A stretch of DNA of 64,000 bases from a virus. Shown in pieces: positions 1 to 10,574 of the stretch (positions within the stretch are counted from its first letter, which is position 1; each line of letters starts with the position of its first letter). Below the pieces are notes generated by a model, which saw only the letters and a list, made by a program, of their open reading frames with translations, did not search any database and was not told the origin of the DNA. The DNA is taken from positions 96,001 through 160,000 of the IMG/VR virus record IMGVR_UViG_3300027749_000039. The stretch is one strand, 5' to 3'. A program made the position numbers and the translations under genes.

Positions 1-3000
1 ATTGAGTATTCTTATATTAGTAGCTTGATGTGGTTCAGTAAATGTCATATCAACTTGGTAATATCTATCAGATTCAGTATTTAATTTAACATTTGTATTG
101 CTTATAATTAATTCACCACCTTGTAAGTTTAATAGTTCTGAAGTTGGATCAGTCATGTTTGATTCTACATCAGTTGTGCCATATGTATTAGAATATGTCC
201 AGCTATTATTTAATAAATTATCTAAACCTACATATGCATTAGTAGAAGATACTGGATTTTCAAAATTACCGCTATCTGGTATTAGATTATTGTATATTGT
301 TGACTTATTACCCAACATATAATTAATATTATTATTACCTATTTTAAAATATGAATTAGAACTTAATATATCATAAGTAGGTGAACCATAAATATTTTGA
401 TAATTATATGTATAAGGATATTCACCGCCACCACCACTTATAAATGTGCTAAATATAGTGCTTTTTTTATTTAAATTAACTTGTGATTGTGTTGAATAAT
501 TAACATCAATCCAAGATAGATATAATGAAGAATTTGCTTGACCTACATTATTATCTTTAAATGAGAAATTTTGAACTAATCCAGTATTATATGTAGCAAT
601 GCCACCAGTTATAGAATAAGTTCCAATAGAAGACATAAAATGCCCACCATCAAATATACCATCTATTAAATGCGAATTAGACATTTCAGCTATATATGGA
701 TAACCTTTAAATAATCCATAATTCCATATACCACTAAAATAACCACATAAAAATCCACCTGAAAGCCAAACATTTTTGCTTAAGTAAATAAGGTGATTTT
801 GTGAATCTTTTGTTATTTCAAGTATTGGTGAAGTTAACGTATATTCCAATACTATTGATGAATTATCAACATAAACAACTTTGAACTTATCTTTTAATAA
901 TTTTCTTATACCATTTACATCTATTCCAATTACATTACCAACACTCACATAATCACCTATATTAAATATAGTTGTTATAGTTGTGTCTATAAATTTTAAT
1001 TGTAATCTATGTGTATATTTGCTAATTTTTATATAAGAAGCTACAGGATATAAATCACAATAAGTTAATGTATCATCATTTCTATAACCATTTTCCCATA
1101 TACCATTTTCCCATACTCCACTATAGAACATACCATTCCCATATTGTAATCCAACACCAATATCACTTGTTAAAGTTAATGCTGGTAAAGATAAAGTTGC
1201 GGTAATAGAAGGTGAAGCACTTGCGCCATATACATTATATAATTTATTATTATATAATGGATTATATGATATAAGAGATTCATTTACGGTAACTGATAAT
1301 ATAGAAACTTGCTCTGCTAATGAATTACCAGAAGAGCTTTTAAGTATCTGTAATTTTGTATTTGTAAATCCGCTAGTCCAGTAATATATATCGTCTTTAG
1401 TATAGCTTTTTGTTATAGTAGATGTTCCTACCGCACAATTTGTATATGAAACAGTATAGCCCATTTGAACTCCTATTTGAACATTATTTGGCATACTTGT
1501 TATAGATAATGTTAGTGGATAGTCAATATGCACTATAACTTTTACAGTATAATTTGCATAATCAGTAAATACATTATTTGAGAACACACCGCCACTTTGA
1601 ATCATTCCAGTCAAAGGATATGATGTATAATTATTTGGTTGATTTAACTTATAATTATTTGCTGGAATTGTAGTCACATTGACATGTGCAAAGGTGTATA
1701 ATCCACCTGAATATGAATGTGCAGGATAATATGTTGTGACAGTATATGTAGATGAATATGTCCATGTGCCTAATACAGCCCAACCTCTATTATCACCACC
1801 TGCAGCATATGTAAATGTAGGATCATATAATACTTCTGGTGAACTTCCTGTGAAGGCATTCATCAAATGTATAGAATTATTATTAGAAGCTGAAGCTATA
1901 TTATATAATACAGATTGTGCCATCGGATCAATAATCTGTAACTGTGTAGAATCTATAGTTGAAGTTCCAAAGTTTGAACCATACCAGTTACCATTTCTCC
2001 ATAAACCAGATTCCCAATATATATTTTCAGCAGTTCCATAATTCCATGTTCCTTTTCTCCAGATTCCACCTAACATATAACCACTGTTAAACTTACCATC
2101 TTTCCACTCCGATATATAGAATGCGCTATTATTAAATACACCATTAATCCAAACACAACTATTATTGAAATTAAATGATAGTGTATTAGAGTTAGTGCCT
2201 CCTGATAAACTTTGATCAATAAAAGGATTAAATGAGCTACTATTAAATTCTCCACTAATGAAAGAACCATTTAACCAAGCACTATTGTAGATAATACCTG
2301 AGCTATGTGAGAAAGTTCCACCTAACCAAAGCATATTTTGGAAAACAACGTTATTTGTGATTTTTTTAGTATCTGTTGCTCTTAATAGCTCTGTGTAAAC
2401 TCTTTGATTGGGATTACCAATATGTGCTTGTGTAACAACATAGCCATCTAACCATATACCATAATAGTTATTAGTAAATGAGTTTACAAAATTGATTTCA
2501 TTTTTAAAACTCGCTGTTGTTGAACTACCATTAAATTTACCATTTGTAAATACACCTGAATACCAAAATTTACCATTAAATATACCACCATTAAACTCAC
2601 CATCATACCAAGTTGAGTTGGTAACAAATACTGGTTCGCCAAATTGACCTCCGTTAAATTTACCATATTCCCATGAACAATTCTCTACTCTTATATCTGT
2701 ATCTAATGATACTATACTTATAGTAAATCCAGTGCCAGTACTTGTTGTATTTGGTATAGTATTATAATTTCCTATTGCATAATTATTACCTTTTTCGTCT
2801 ATTGTGTAACTTACAATATGTCCGATTGAGTTATTATATAGACTAGTTGAATGTGTAGTTGTTGAAGGTGTATAACCAGTTCCATAAGATGATAGTGTAA
2901 ATGAAGTCACATTACCAATGTAACCCACTGATAGCACTTGACCAGATGCAGGTGTTGTGCCATTACTTATTGTAAATGAATCACCTACTATATAGCCTAA

Positions 3001-6000
3001 GCCTGGTGAAACAATAGATGCGTCTATTATTGGACCAGAATTACCACTATAAAGAATAGAGCTATATGTACCCGAAGCTGAAAATCCAAATCCATTGCTT
3101 AATATAGTAAATCCGGTAACAGTTCCGCCAGTACTAACTGATATTCTACCTCTTGTTTGTGAGGTGTTAGAAAAGTTATCAATATAGGCTAATTCGCTAG
3201 AGGTGTAACCAGTTCCGCCAGAATATATATTATATGTTAATATACTAAAAGTAGGTGCGGCACTTACTGTTAATACTCTTAATATAAATCCAGAGCCAGC
3301 AGTATTACCAACTGCATTTATTTGTAAAGTTAGTCCACTAGCATTGCTTACACTATTAATTGTTCCTGTGGCTGTGTTATCACCACCTATTATGCTAAAT
3401 GTATCACCTATATTAAATCCATATCCAGGATTTAATATACTTGTTGAATAATGTGATACATTACTTGAAGTGTAACCATAGTATGATAAAAATTTGCCAT
3501 TATTGAATATACCATTTTTCCATTTAGCAAATCCGTCAAATCTACCTCCATTAAAAGTGCCATTATACCAAGTAGATTGTGCATCATCGCCAAAACTTGT
3601 AAATTCTCCATCGTTAAATACTCCATTATACCAATGTATAGTTGAAGCACCGCCTATTATAGCACTTTCGACAGTTCCGTTATACCAATATGTTTGTGTG
3701 GCACCTACACTTAAATTCGGGTAATAACCCATAGTGGTTATTAAATATGGTGAATTTTTTAATCCCAGTATACCATTATTCCATATACCACCATACCATT
3801 TTGAATTATATAGTCTACCATTATTAAATACACCATCTATCCATACTGAATTATAGAATTGTCCGCTATTAAATATACCATCTCTCCAAGAGCGATAATA
3901 ACCTACGCTATAATCATCATATGATGTTAATGTAATTGACGTATCATCCGAATTTACAAAATAACCATTATTAAAAGTGCTATTCAACCAATATCCGTTA
4001 TTAAATACTCCATTTGAAAAAGTTTGTCCAGAAAATATATTATTAAATGAAATAGCATTATTCCAAGTTGTGTTCAAGATGTGTGATTTATATATAACAC
4101 CACTGTTTATAGCATTGAAATCATCTTTAAATAAAGTATTTATAAATCTTAATTTATCTATATTACTTACAGTTAAGTTTTGATCAGTATTATCAAACGT
4201 AGAATTGTATATTGTTGAATTATTTATTAAAATTGTTTTAAATAAACCAGATTCTATCGTTGAATTTTCTATTTTAAATCTATTTACACTAATATAATTT
4301 GGTAAAAATCCATTTATAGAAAATACACCACCAGGTGTCAGTCCTAATATATTATTAGTTACTTCTGTTAAATACAATTGTCTCCAAGTAGATACAGGTG
4401 TTATATATTCTACTTTAAATGTTCCAGAAAATTTTGTAACATTTGAATAAATATCAGTATAGTCAATACCGTTTAACCATATATAGTCATCTACATCAAA
4501 TGTATCATATTGATTATATACATCAGTAGTTAATCTAATTATTAAAGAATTTGTTGAACCAAATGGCATTGATATGCCTAAATTGTCACCATCTAATTGT
4601 ATTTTAGACGAGATGCTATTAAAACTAGAACCACTTTCCCAAGTAGAGTTTAATAATAATCCACTTTCGAAATCAGCTATGGATAACATAGTATCAGTAA
4701 ATAAATTATTTACTGAATATGGTGTGATAATGCTATTATTAGATGTAATTGTAGAGCCTGATTGATACCATGCTAATGTACTTCCTAAATCAATATCAAT
4801 TGATGGTAGTTCGGTTGTATTTGCTGTATGTGTAGTCGAATAAATAGAACCATCAAAATTTATAGAAGTTTTGTATAAGTTTTCATTTTTATTCTTTCTA
4901 GATACAATTATTGGATCTGTTGATAGTTCTGGATTATTAAAATAGTCTAGTATATACTCATTCTCTATATTTAGATAAACTTTATTTTCATCGTTAAATG
5001 ATGTTAAATATAAATCCTTTTTAATTTTATCAATATGTATAACTTCAAAATTTTGCATCCTTAATAAATCTATTTCGGATATAAATAATTTTAAAATTCC
5101 TCTTAATGAGACTCCATCAATAGTATAACTCCATAAATCTGCCTTTAATATATTTACACCATTTTCGGAATTATATGTACCACTTGCTACACTATTCTTA
5201 ATTTGATTAGAGGATAATCTACTTGTCTGTACTTTGGAATTAATAATATTAGAATCTAATATGCTAGAATTAGATAGCAATGCTGTGTTAAAATCGCAAA
5301 ATTTATAATAACCGCTTTTAGAAGCTATTGAATAAGAATATGATAGTCCATAATATACGTCTAAACTACTTATTCCATAATTAGTTAAACCTATATTACA
5401 ATTATTGAAATTACCATTTATTATACTTGCTTGTTCTATATTAGAATCTATGATATAGTTGAACCCAAACCCTTTGTTATTTGAATAATCAGTTGTTTGT
5501 ATTGGTACTCCATTTGAATTTATGTAACAATAATAATTTTGTAAAAATTCTGTATCACTAAGATTTGTAGGAGAATTAAAGTTTATGCCTCTAGAAGGTG
5601 TTCCTGAATTTATAGTTGAGTTAACGACAGATACCGGTGTGTTTTCATAAAATTGTGCATTTAATAACGCAGTATTAGCATTACCACTATTGGTATTGTT
5701 ATTATTTGTTTTTGAATTTAATACTCCATTTTTCCAATTAGAATTTATAAAAATACCAGAATTCCATTTAGCTGAATTACCATACCAATTTATTTGGTCT
5801 ATATATGTTCCAAATATACCATCATTCCACGTTCCCTTAAATAATCCATTTCTAAAATTTAATTTAGAAATGTATGGTTTATTTGATGGTATATCAAAGT
5901 TCCATTTATTTAGGGTTTCACTATATGCATATACACCTCTTGATTTTAAAGTTGTATTGTTAAATATAATATCTTCACCTATTATTAGTAATTTTCCATT

Positions 6001-6603
6001 ATTTGTAAGTGAATATGTTGGTGATCCAGTAGTTGCAAATGGTATAGAAGAAGTGCCTAAAAAATTTCCTAATTCAAACCATAATGATACACCACTTGAA
6101 TTTGATAATCTTTGATAAAACCCAGAATTTGCAATACCACCATATTCTCCAAATATAGAATTTGTTGACCCAGAAAATGTTGAATCTACAAATGCTATAT
6201 TATTTGATAGTTTATATTCAAATTTATTATAAGTATTGTTACTTACATTATCGTAGGAATTAATGGTGGTATTATTAATATAATCAAATTCTCTTTGAGA
6301 AGATATATGATATACCTTAATATACTCATCTATATTATTTATTGATGAAGGTAAGTTGCCTGTGTAATCTATATCTAATGTTACACGGCATCTATCTATA
6401 TCTAAGATTGTATAACCATCTATTCCAGCTGAATAATTACTGGAAGAAATAAAATTATCAGAATCGTAATTACCATTAATTATAAACACCTTATCACCAA
6501 CTACAAAATTAGTGGCGAATTCAGAATAAAATACAGTTTTCTTATAACCGTTATAATTAACTGAATCAACATAATTAAGTAAGCCAGAAGCAAATTTTCC
6601 CAT
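1..6603 (-). CDS. Giant virion structural / tail-fibre-like protein, >2200 aa, runs off the left edge of the window
   Basis: Read by hand from ATG at 6603 (MGKFASGLLNYVDSVNYNGYK...) with no in-frame stop down to position 1. N/S/T/G/I-rich, with many WxxGxF/W repeats and GxGY-xxGD repeats. Absent from the ORF track, probably because its stop lies outside the window. Confidence 0.85.
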   Translation of the reverse strand, partial: MGKFASGLLNYVDSVNYNGYKKTVFYSEFATNFVVGDKVFIINGNYDSDNFISSSNYSAGIDGYTILDIDRCRVTLDIDYTGNLPSSINNIDEYIKVYHISSQREFDYINNTTINSYDNVSNNTYNKFEYKLSNNIAFVDSTFSGSTNSIFGEYGGIANSGFYQRLSNSSGVSLWFELGNFLGTSSIPFATTGSPTYSLTNNGKLLIIGEDIIFNNTTLKSRGVYAYSETLNKWNFDIPSNKPYISKLNFRNGLFKGTWNDGIFGTYIDQINWYGNSAKWNSGIFINSNWKNGVLNSKTNNNNTNSGNANTALLNAQFYENTPVSVVNSTINSGTPSRGINFNSPTNLSDTEFLQNYYCYINSNGVPIQTTDYSNNKGFGFNYIIDSNIEQASIINGNFNNCNIGLTNYGISSLDVYYGLSYSYSIASKSGYYKFCDFNTALLSNSSILDSNIINSKVQTSRLSSNQIKNSVASGTYNSENGVNILKADLWSYTIDGVSLRGILKLFISEIDLLRMQNFEVIHIDKIKKDLYLTSFNDENKVYLNIENEYILDYFNNPELSTDPIIVSRKNKNENLYKTSINFDGSIYSTTHTANTTELPSIDIDLGSTLAWYQSGSTITSNNSIITPYSVNNLFTDTMLSIADFESGLLLNSTWESGSSFNSISSKIQLDGDNLGISMPFGSTNSLIIRLTTDVYNQYDTFDVDDYIWLNGIDYTDIYSNVTKFSGTFKVEYITPVSTWRQLYLTEVTNNILGLTPGGVFSINGFLPNYISVNRFKIENSTIESGLFKTILINNSTIYNSTFDNTDQNLTVSNIDKLRFINTLFKDDFNAINSGVIYKSHILNTTWNNAISFNNIFSGQTFSNGVFNNGYWLNSTFNNGYFVNSDDTSITLTSYDDYSVGYYRSWRDGIFNSGQFYNSVWIDGVFNNGRLYNSKWYGGIWNNGILGLKNSPYLITTMGYYPNLSVGATQTYWYNGTVESAIIGGASTIHWYNGVFNDGEFTSFGDDAQSTWYNGTFNGGRFDGFAKWKNGIFNNGKFLSYYGYTSSNVSHYSTSILNPGYGFNIGDTFSIIGGDNTATGTINSVSNASGLTLQINAVGNTAGSGFILRVLTVSAAPTFSILTYNIYSGGTGYTSSELAYIDNFSNTSQTRGRISVSTGGTVTGFTILSNGFGFSASGTYSSILYSGNSGPIIDASIVSPGLGYIVGDSFTISNGTTPASGQVLSVGYIGNVTSFTLSSYGTGYTPSTTTHSTSLYNNSIGHIVSYTIDEKGNNYAIGNYNTIPNTTSTGTGFTISIVSLDTDIRVENCSWEYGKFNGGQFGEPVFVTNSTWYDGEFNGGIFNGKFWYSGVFTNGKFNGSSTTASFKNEINFVNSFTNNYYGIWLDGYVVTQAHIGNPNQRVYTELLRATDTKKITNNVVFQNMLWLGGTFSHSSGIIYNSAWLNGSFISGEFNSSSFNPFIDQSLSGGTNSNTLSFNFNNSCVWINGVFNNSAFYISEWKDGKFNSGYMLGGIWRKGTWNYGTAENIYWESGLWRNGNWYGSNFGTSTIDSTQLQIIDPMAQSVLYNIASASNNNSIHLMNAFTGSSPEVLYDPTFTYAAGGDNRGWAVLGTWTYSSTYTVTTYYPAHSYSGGLYTFAHVNVTTIPANNYKLNQPNNYTSYPLTGMIQSGGVFSNNVFTDYANYTVKVIVHIDYPLTLSITSMPNNVQIGVQMGYTVSYTNCAVGTSTITKSYTKDDIYYWTSGFTNTKLQILKSSSGNSLAEQVSILSVTVNESLISYNPLYNNKLYNVYGASASPSITATLSLPALTLTSDIGVGLQYGNGMFYSGVWENGIWENGYRNDDTLTYCDLYPVASYIKISKYTHRLQLKFIDTTITTIFNIGDYVSVGNVIGIDVNGIRKLLKDKFKVVYVDNSSIVLEYTLTSPILEITKDSQNHLIYLSKNVWLSGGFLCGYFSGIWNYGLFKGYPYIAEMSNSHLIDGIFDGGHFMSSIGTYSITGGIATYNTGLVQNFSFKDNNVGQANSSLYLSWIDVNYSTQSQVNLNKKSTIFSTFISGGGGEYPYTYNYQNIYGSPTYDILSSNSYFKIGNNNINYMLGNKSTIYNNLIPDSGNFENPVSSTNAYVGLDNLLNNSWTYSNTYGTTDVESNMTDPTSELLNLQGGELIISNTNVKLNTESDRYYQVDMTFTEPHQATNIRILN

Positions 6604-6646
6604 CTTATATATAGACCTTTATTCTATATATAAAATAATACTAGTC

Positions 6647-7210
6647 TTAGTAATTAGATTTTACATATTCCACTAATTTAACTAGATTAGCAGAATTTAA
6701 TGGATATTTATCTACCAAAGATTCCAAGAATTTAGTTCTACCTTCTTTATATAAGTCACCAGCAAATTTATATTCATAATGTATACCGCTTTCCCATTCT
6801 AATAGGGAATCGAAGTCTCTTTCAACAATATTCATATCATATTTGTTAAATTTTTCTGATAAATAATTTTCTCCATTATGTAATGCTGTATCTAAAATAG
6901 CTTGCTTAATATCTAATATGTGAATATCTTTCTTTTCTAAGCATAAAGAGTGAAAAAATTCAGCCGATTTAGTTTCATTATCAGTTCTAGTGGGATCATA
7001 AACTATATCATGAAACAAACTAGCTAATAATAATTTTTCGGTAGTTTTCTCATTTAATTTTCCTGCAATATAATCATTTGTAATCATGTTGTTTAAGTCA
7101 ACTAAATGATTTAGGTTATGATAACCTCTATGTGGTTCGTTCCACATTTCTAAAAGCATATCAAGATTTGCTTTTATTTTATATTTTTCCAAAAGTGTGC
7201 TAAAGTTCAT
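6647..7210 (-). CDS. HD-superfamily metal-dependent phosphohydrolase
   Basis: Motifs PHRGYHNLNHL, LFHDIVYDP and DNETKSA. Confidence 0.75.
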   Translation of the reverse strand: MNFSTLLEKYKIKANLDMLLEMWNEPHRGYHNLNHLVDLNNMITNDYIAGKLNEKTTEKLLLASLFHDIVYDPTRTDNETKSAEFFHSLCLEKKDIHILDIKQAILDTALHNGENYLSEKFNKYDMNIVERDFDSLLEWESGIHYEYKFAGDLYKEGRTKFLESLVDKYPLNSANLVKLVEYVKSNY

Positions 7211-7249
7211 AAAATAATTATTTTCTTATATATTTATAATTTAGTTCTA

Positions 7250-7297
7250 CAAAGATACGATTTTATTTTGAAAAGTTAGAATTATTTCTTATTTTTG
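7250..7297. promoter_or_regulatory. Divergent pair of Bacteroidota-type housekeeping promoters (-7 TAnnTTTG)
   Basis: TATCTTTG on the minus strand at 7250-7257 and TATTTTTG on the plus strand at 7290-7297, between divergent genes. Confidence 0.65.
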
Positions 7298-7311
7298 TAA
7301 AAAAATAACTT

Positions 7312-7911
7312 ATGCTTAAAGTAGGACTTACTGGTAATTATTGTTCTGGGGTAGATGAGATTGCTGAGATTTATAAAAACCTTCAAATACCTATATTTGA
7401 AGTTGATTTAATTATAAAATTTATGTTTTATAATAATTCTGAATCAATTAAAAAAATACAAAAAGAATTTGGTAAAATAGTATTTACCAATAACATATTA
7501 GATATGGTTGCTTTTAATGAACCAACTAAATTTAGAAGATTATTAAAAATAATTGAATTAGATTTAATTGTTGCTTATGAAAGATGGAGACAAGTTAATC
7601 AAAAAGCAAAGTTTACTATATTTAAATCATCTATATTATTTGAATCTAATTGGAATAATATAATGAACTTAAACATATCAGTATTTAAACCAAATGGATT
7701 AAGAGTTGAAGCTATACAGCGAAAGAATAAAATGAAGTCATCTGACGCTTATAGCTTAATTGATACTGAAATGGATGTGTTTCAAAAGAATAGATTATCT
7801 GATTATACAATCAATAATTATCCAGCATATTGTGATAGTGTTGAGAAACAAATTATAGCTATTAATAAATCTATAATGACTAAAACATATTCTTCAATTA
7901 TCTCAACATAA
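7312..7911 (+). CDS. coaE: Dephospho-CoA kinase-like
   Basis: N-terminal KVGLTGNYCSG (degenerate P-loop) and the CoaE-like ILFES and R...R segments. The P-loop Lys is not conserved. Confidence 0.7.
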   Translation: MLKVGLTGNYCSGVDEIAEIYKNLQIPIFEVDLIIKFMFYNNSESIKKIQKEFGKIVFTNNILDMVAFNEPTKFRRLLKIIELDLIVAYERWRQVNQKAKFTIFKSSILFESNWNNIMNLNISVFKPNGLRVEAIQRKNKMKSSDAYSLIDTEMDVFQKNRLSDYTINNYPAYCDSVEKQIIAINKSIMTKTYSSIIST

Positions 7912-7939
7912 AAAAAGCGGCTATATAGCCGCTTTTTTT
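7911..7939. terminator. Bidirectional intrinsic terminator
   Basis: AAAAAAGCGGCTATATAGCCGCTTTTTT between convergent genes. Confidence 0.85.
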
Positions 7940-8216
7940 ATTCTGGTTGCTTAATTTTTATTATAAAATCTTCACCTTTCTTAACTTGTTCTTGAAAAGA
8001 ACCTAAAGCCTTTGAAATTAAAGCCCTATCTAAATCATTAAAAATATCAGCATTATCGTAGCATACTTGAACTGCATTGATTATAATATTCAATGCCATA
8101 GTAGTATTAATAGTTGGTGTATTGAGGATTTCTTTTATTTCTTCCATTTGTTGTTTCATTTCTGGTGAAACTTCCATTTCTGGTGCCAATTCGGCGTTTT
8201 GAATTTGTTCGTTCAT
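7938..8216 (-). CDS. Hypothetical protein
   Basis: ORF track, 92 aa. Confidence 0.7.
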   Translation of the reverse strand: MNEQIQNAELAPEMEVSPEMKQQMEEIKEILNTPTINTTMALNIIINAVQVCYDNADIFNDLDRALISKALGSFQEQVKKGEDFIIKIKQPE

Positions 8217-8234
8217 AAATGTTTATATTTTTAT

Positions 8235-9230
8235 TTATATATCAATTGTTATATTGTCTATATTGAGCCCTAATTTTTCAGCTTGTAGCCTCAGTGGTTT
8301 TCTAATAATCTCTAAGAAGGTTGATTTAATTTTACTCTTAAACTTATTTAGTCTAATTACTTCTCTCATATCATTATTCAAATCACCATTAGAGTTTGGT
8401 AAATAAGATGCCATTCTTAATTTATTATTAAAATAATTTATATCACCTATAAAATCATGTTCAATAGCATTTGGGTTAAGTGTCTCGTAAATAAATTCAC
8501 CACTATCACCCTGTGGTAGAAACACATTTTTATTAAACGGTATTTGTTCAGCTCCATCTATCGTGACTTTACCAGTGTAATTATCAATGTCCCAATTACT
8601 CAGATGTGTTTCTATGAAAGTTCCAATAGATTCTTCAGCTTTTTGTTTAGATAGACCTTTTATCGGAATTTCATATTTATTAGTTGTTGACGATATTTTA
8701 ATATTATACATAATCATACAATTTTCTATCATTGATAATTGATTGTATGGTTTCATTAACCTTTCAACATATGATGTTTCTGAGTCTGAATAGGAAATAA
8801 ATATAACTTGTGAATCATATAGAATTCTTTTTAATTGCTCATCTTCTGGATATTGAATCCAATAATTTCCATGTTCTTTAGCATACGCTGGTACTAACGT
8901 AGCAGGACTTAATCTACTGAATGATAATATGTTTTCTTTTTTATCATCCCATATAATTTCTAATGAAATATAACCATCTATCATTAAATCTCTAAATGTG
9001 TTAGACATATTAATTTCATTATCAAAACCTAATTTTTTAATTAGTTCCTTGAATATTGGACGAATGTTAGCTTCATCTTCGCTGCTAAATGTGCCTAATC
9101 TAATAGAAACATTTATACATTCATTACACATTATGTCTAGATAATATCTAATTTCATCTTTAATCGAATATTCCCTTAATATTCTTTTCTTATCCGCATA
9201 AGATTTGTCTTGGTATGGAATTTGTTTCAT
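8235..9230 (-). CDS. T4 gp20-type portal protein paralogue (short, 331 aa)
   Basis: YSIKDEIRYYLDIMCNECI, FRDLMIDGYISLEI, SYVERLMKPYNQLSMIENC and LSKQKAEESI resemble T4-like portal blocks. Confidence 0.6.
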   Translation of the reverse strand: MKQIPYQDKSYADKKRILREYSIKDEIRYYLDIMCNECINVSIRLGTFSSEDEANIRPIFKELIKKLGFDNEINMSNTFRDLMIDGYISLEIIWDDKKENILSFSRLSPATLVPAYAKEHGNYWIQYPEDEQLKRILYDSQVIFISYSDSETSYVERLMKPYNQLSMIENCMIMYNIKISSTTNKYEIPIKGLSKQKAEESIGTFIETHLSNWDIDNYTGKVTIDGAEQIPFNKNVFLPQGDSGEFIYETLNPNAIEHDFIGDINYFNNKLRMASYLPNSNGDLNNDMREVIRLNKFKSKIKSTFLEIIRKPLRLQAEKLGLNIDNITIDI

Positions 9231-9269
9231 TTTATTTCATTTTTATACAATTTTATATTAATTAATTAA

Positions 9270-9410
9270 TTAAAGTTTAAAAAAAGATTAAATGGTGTTG
9301 TTTATGATTCGTATCATGACGCTTCAAAAGCATTAAACATCCACATCGTTACAATAAGATGGAGATGTTTAAGCAAAAACCCTAATTTTATTAATTACAT
9401 ATTAATTTGA
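9270..9410 (+). pseudogene. Relic C-terminal NUMOD1/HTH domain of a homing endonuclease
   Basis: Start-less frame LNGVVYDSYHDASKALNIHIVTIRWRCLSKNPNFINY on the strand opposite its neighbours. Confidence 0.55.
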
Positions 9411-10490
9411 TAATGGTATATCTATTTTTTCCGCAGATTGATAACCAACTAATTTTATATCTTCATATGTTATATCATAAATGGATTTATTTGCTATTAC
9501 TAATTTAGGTAGAGGGTATGTTTTTTGTTTCAATTGTTTTTCTACACCTTCCATTTGATTAAGATAAATATGACAGTCACCGCCAGATAAAATCAATTCA
9601 TCTGGAACCATATTAACTTCTTTTGCTAATAGCTGTAAAAGTAAACCATATGAAGCTATATTAAATGGTAAGCCTAATGGCACATCAATTGATCTCATAT
9701 TGAATTTTAAACTTAATTTTCTTTTTGGAACATTTTGTTGATCTAATTCATAGTCTTTCCAATCAACTTTATATTTTGGATTTTGATACGCTGTGTCAAA
9801 ATACCATTTATTTCTTTCTTCCGTAGACATTTCTCTTGTATAACATTGAAACAAATAGTGGCATGGTGGCAAAACCATTTGTTCTAAATCACCTACATTC
9901 CAAGCGTTTACCATTAATCTTCTTGAATCTGGATTTGTCTTTAAATCTTTGATTAAGTTTGCTATTTGATCTACCTCAAGTGTATGTATCTTCATTTCTG
10001 TATTATCAATACTTGTCCATTTTCTCCATTGTTTACCATAAACTGGTCCTAATTCACCCCATTTAGCGGCAAAATCATTATCAGTTTTTATTTTTTCAAT
10101 AAATTCTTCTCTTGATAAAGGTCTAAAATTAACAAGTTCAGTAGCATGTGCCATAAAAGATAATTCACCAAGTGAATCATATCGCGAATTATGCTCTTTT
10201 GTTGTTTTATTAACATAATTCTTATATGCATCTCCAACCCAAATATAACAACCATTATCTACTAAATATTTTATATTTGTATCACCTTTAAGGAACCAAA
10301 GAAGTTCTACAACCATGGCTTTCCATGCCATCTTTTTTGAAGTCATAAGAGGAAATCCCTCTTGCATATTAAATCTCATATCATAGCTGAACACAGATTT
10401 AGTTCCTGTTCCTGTACGATCTGATTTTTCTGTACCAAATTCTTTTATATGACGGATTAAGTCAAAGTATTGTTTATCTACACTATTCAT
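9402..10490 (-). CDS. thyA: Thymidylate synthase
   Basis: DRTGTGT, ELLWFLKG, LGPVYGKQWR, LPPCH and RSIDVPLGLPFNIASY. Start placed at ATG 10490 (MNSVDKQY) because a terminator lies at 10531-10559. Confidence 0.95.
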   Translation of the reverse strand: MNSVDKQYFDLIRHIKEFGTEKSDRTGTGTKSVFSYDMRFNMQEGFPLMTSKKMAWKAMVVELLWFLKGDTNIKYLVDNGCYIWVGDAYKNYVNKTTKEHNSRYDSLGELSFMAHATELVNFRPLSREEFIEKIKTDNDFAAKWGELGPVYGKQWRKWTSIDNTEMKIHTLEVDQIANLIKDLKTNPDSRRLMVNAWNVGDLEQMVLPPCHYLFQCYTREMSTEERNKWYFDTAYQNPKYKVDWKDYELDQQNVPKRKLSLKFNMRSIDVPLGLPFNIASYGLLLQLLAKEVNMVPDELILSGGDCHIYLNQMEGVEKQLKQKTYPLPKLVIANKSIYDITYEDIKLVGYQSAEKIDIPLSN

Positions 10491-10530
10491 AAAAATTATA
10501 AGCATAAATGAGAAAAAGTTTAAAAATAAA

Positions 10531-10559
10531 AAAAGCCGCACAAATTTGTGCGGCTTTTT
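10531..10559 (-). terminator. Intrinsic terminator after the S1 gene
   Basis: AAAAGCCGCACAAATTTGTGCGGCTTTTT. Confidence 0.8.
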
Positions 10560-10574
10560 ATTTTGTAATTTAAA

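Noticed and set aside
98-6115. Small ORFs from the track (98..322, 1736..2041, 3494..3724, 5690..6115 and others)
   Set aside because: Antisense or off-frame shadows of the giant ORF.
1-6603. Stop-codon reassignment (as in Lak or crAss-like phages) to explain the apparent gene desert
   Set aside because: One minus frame is open without TAA, TAG or TGA. Elsewhere genes end normally at TAG and TGA, and no suppressor tRNA (CTA/TCA anticodon) was seen.
9402-10490. Group I intron in thyA
   Set aside because: The frame is continuous; the extra segments are in-frame insertions.
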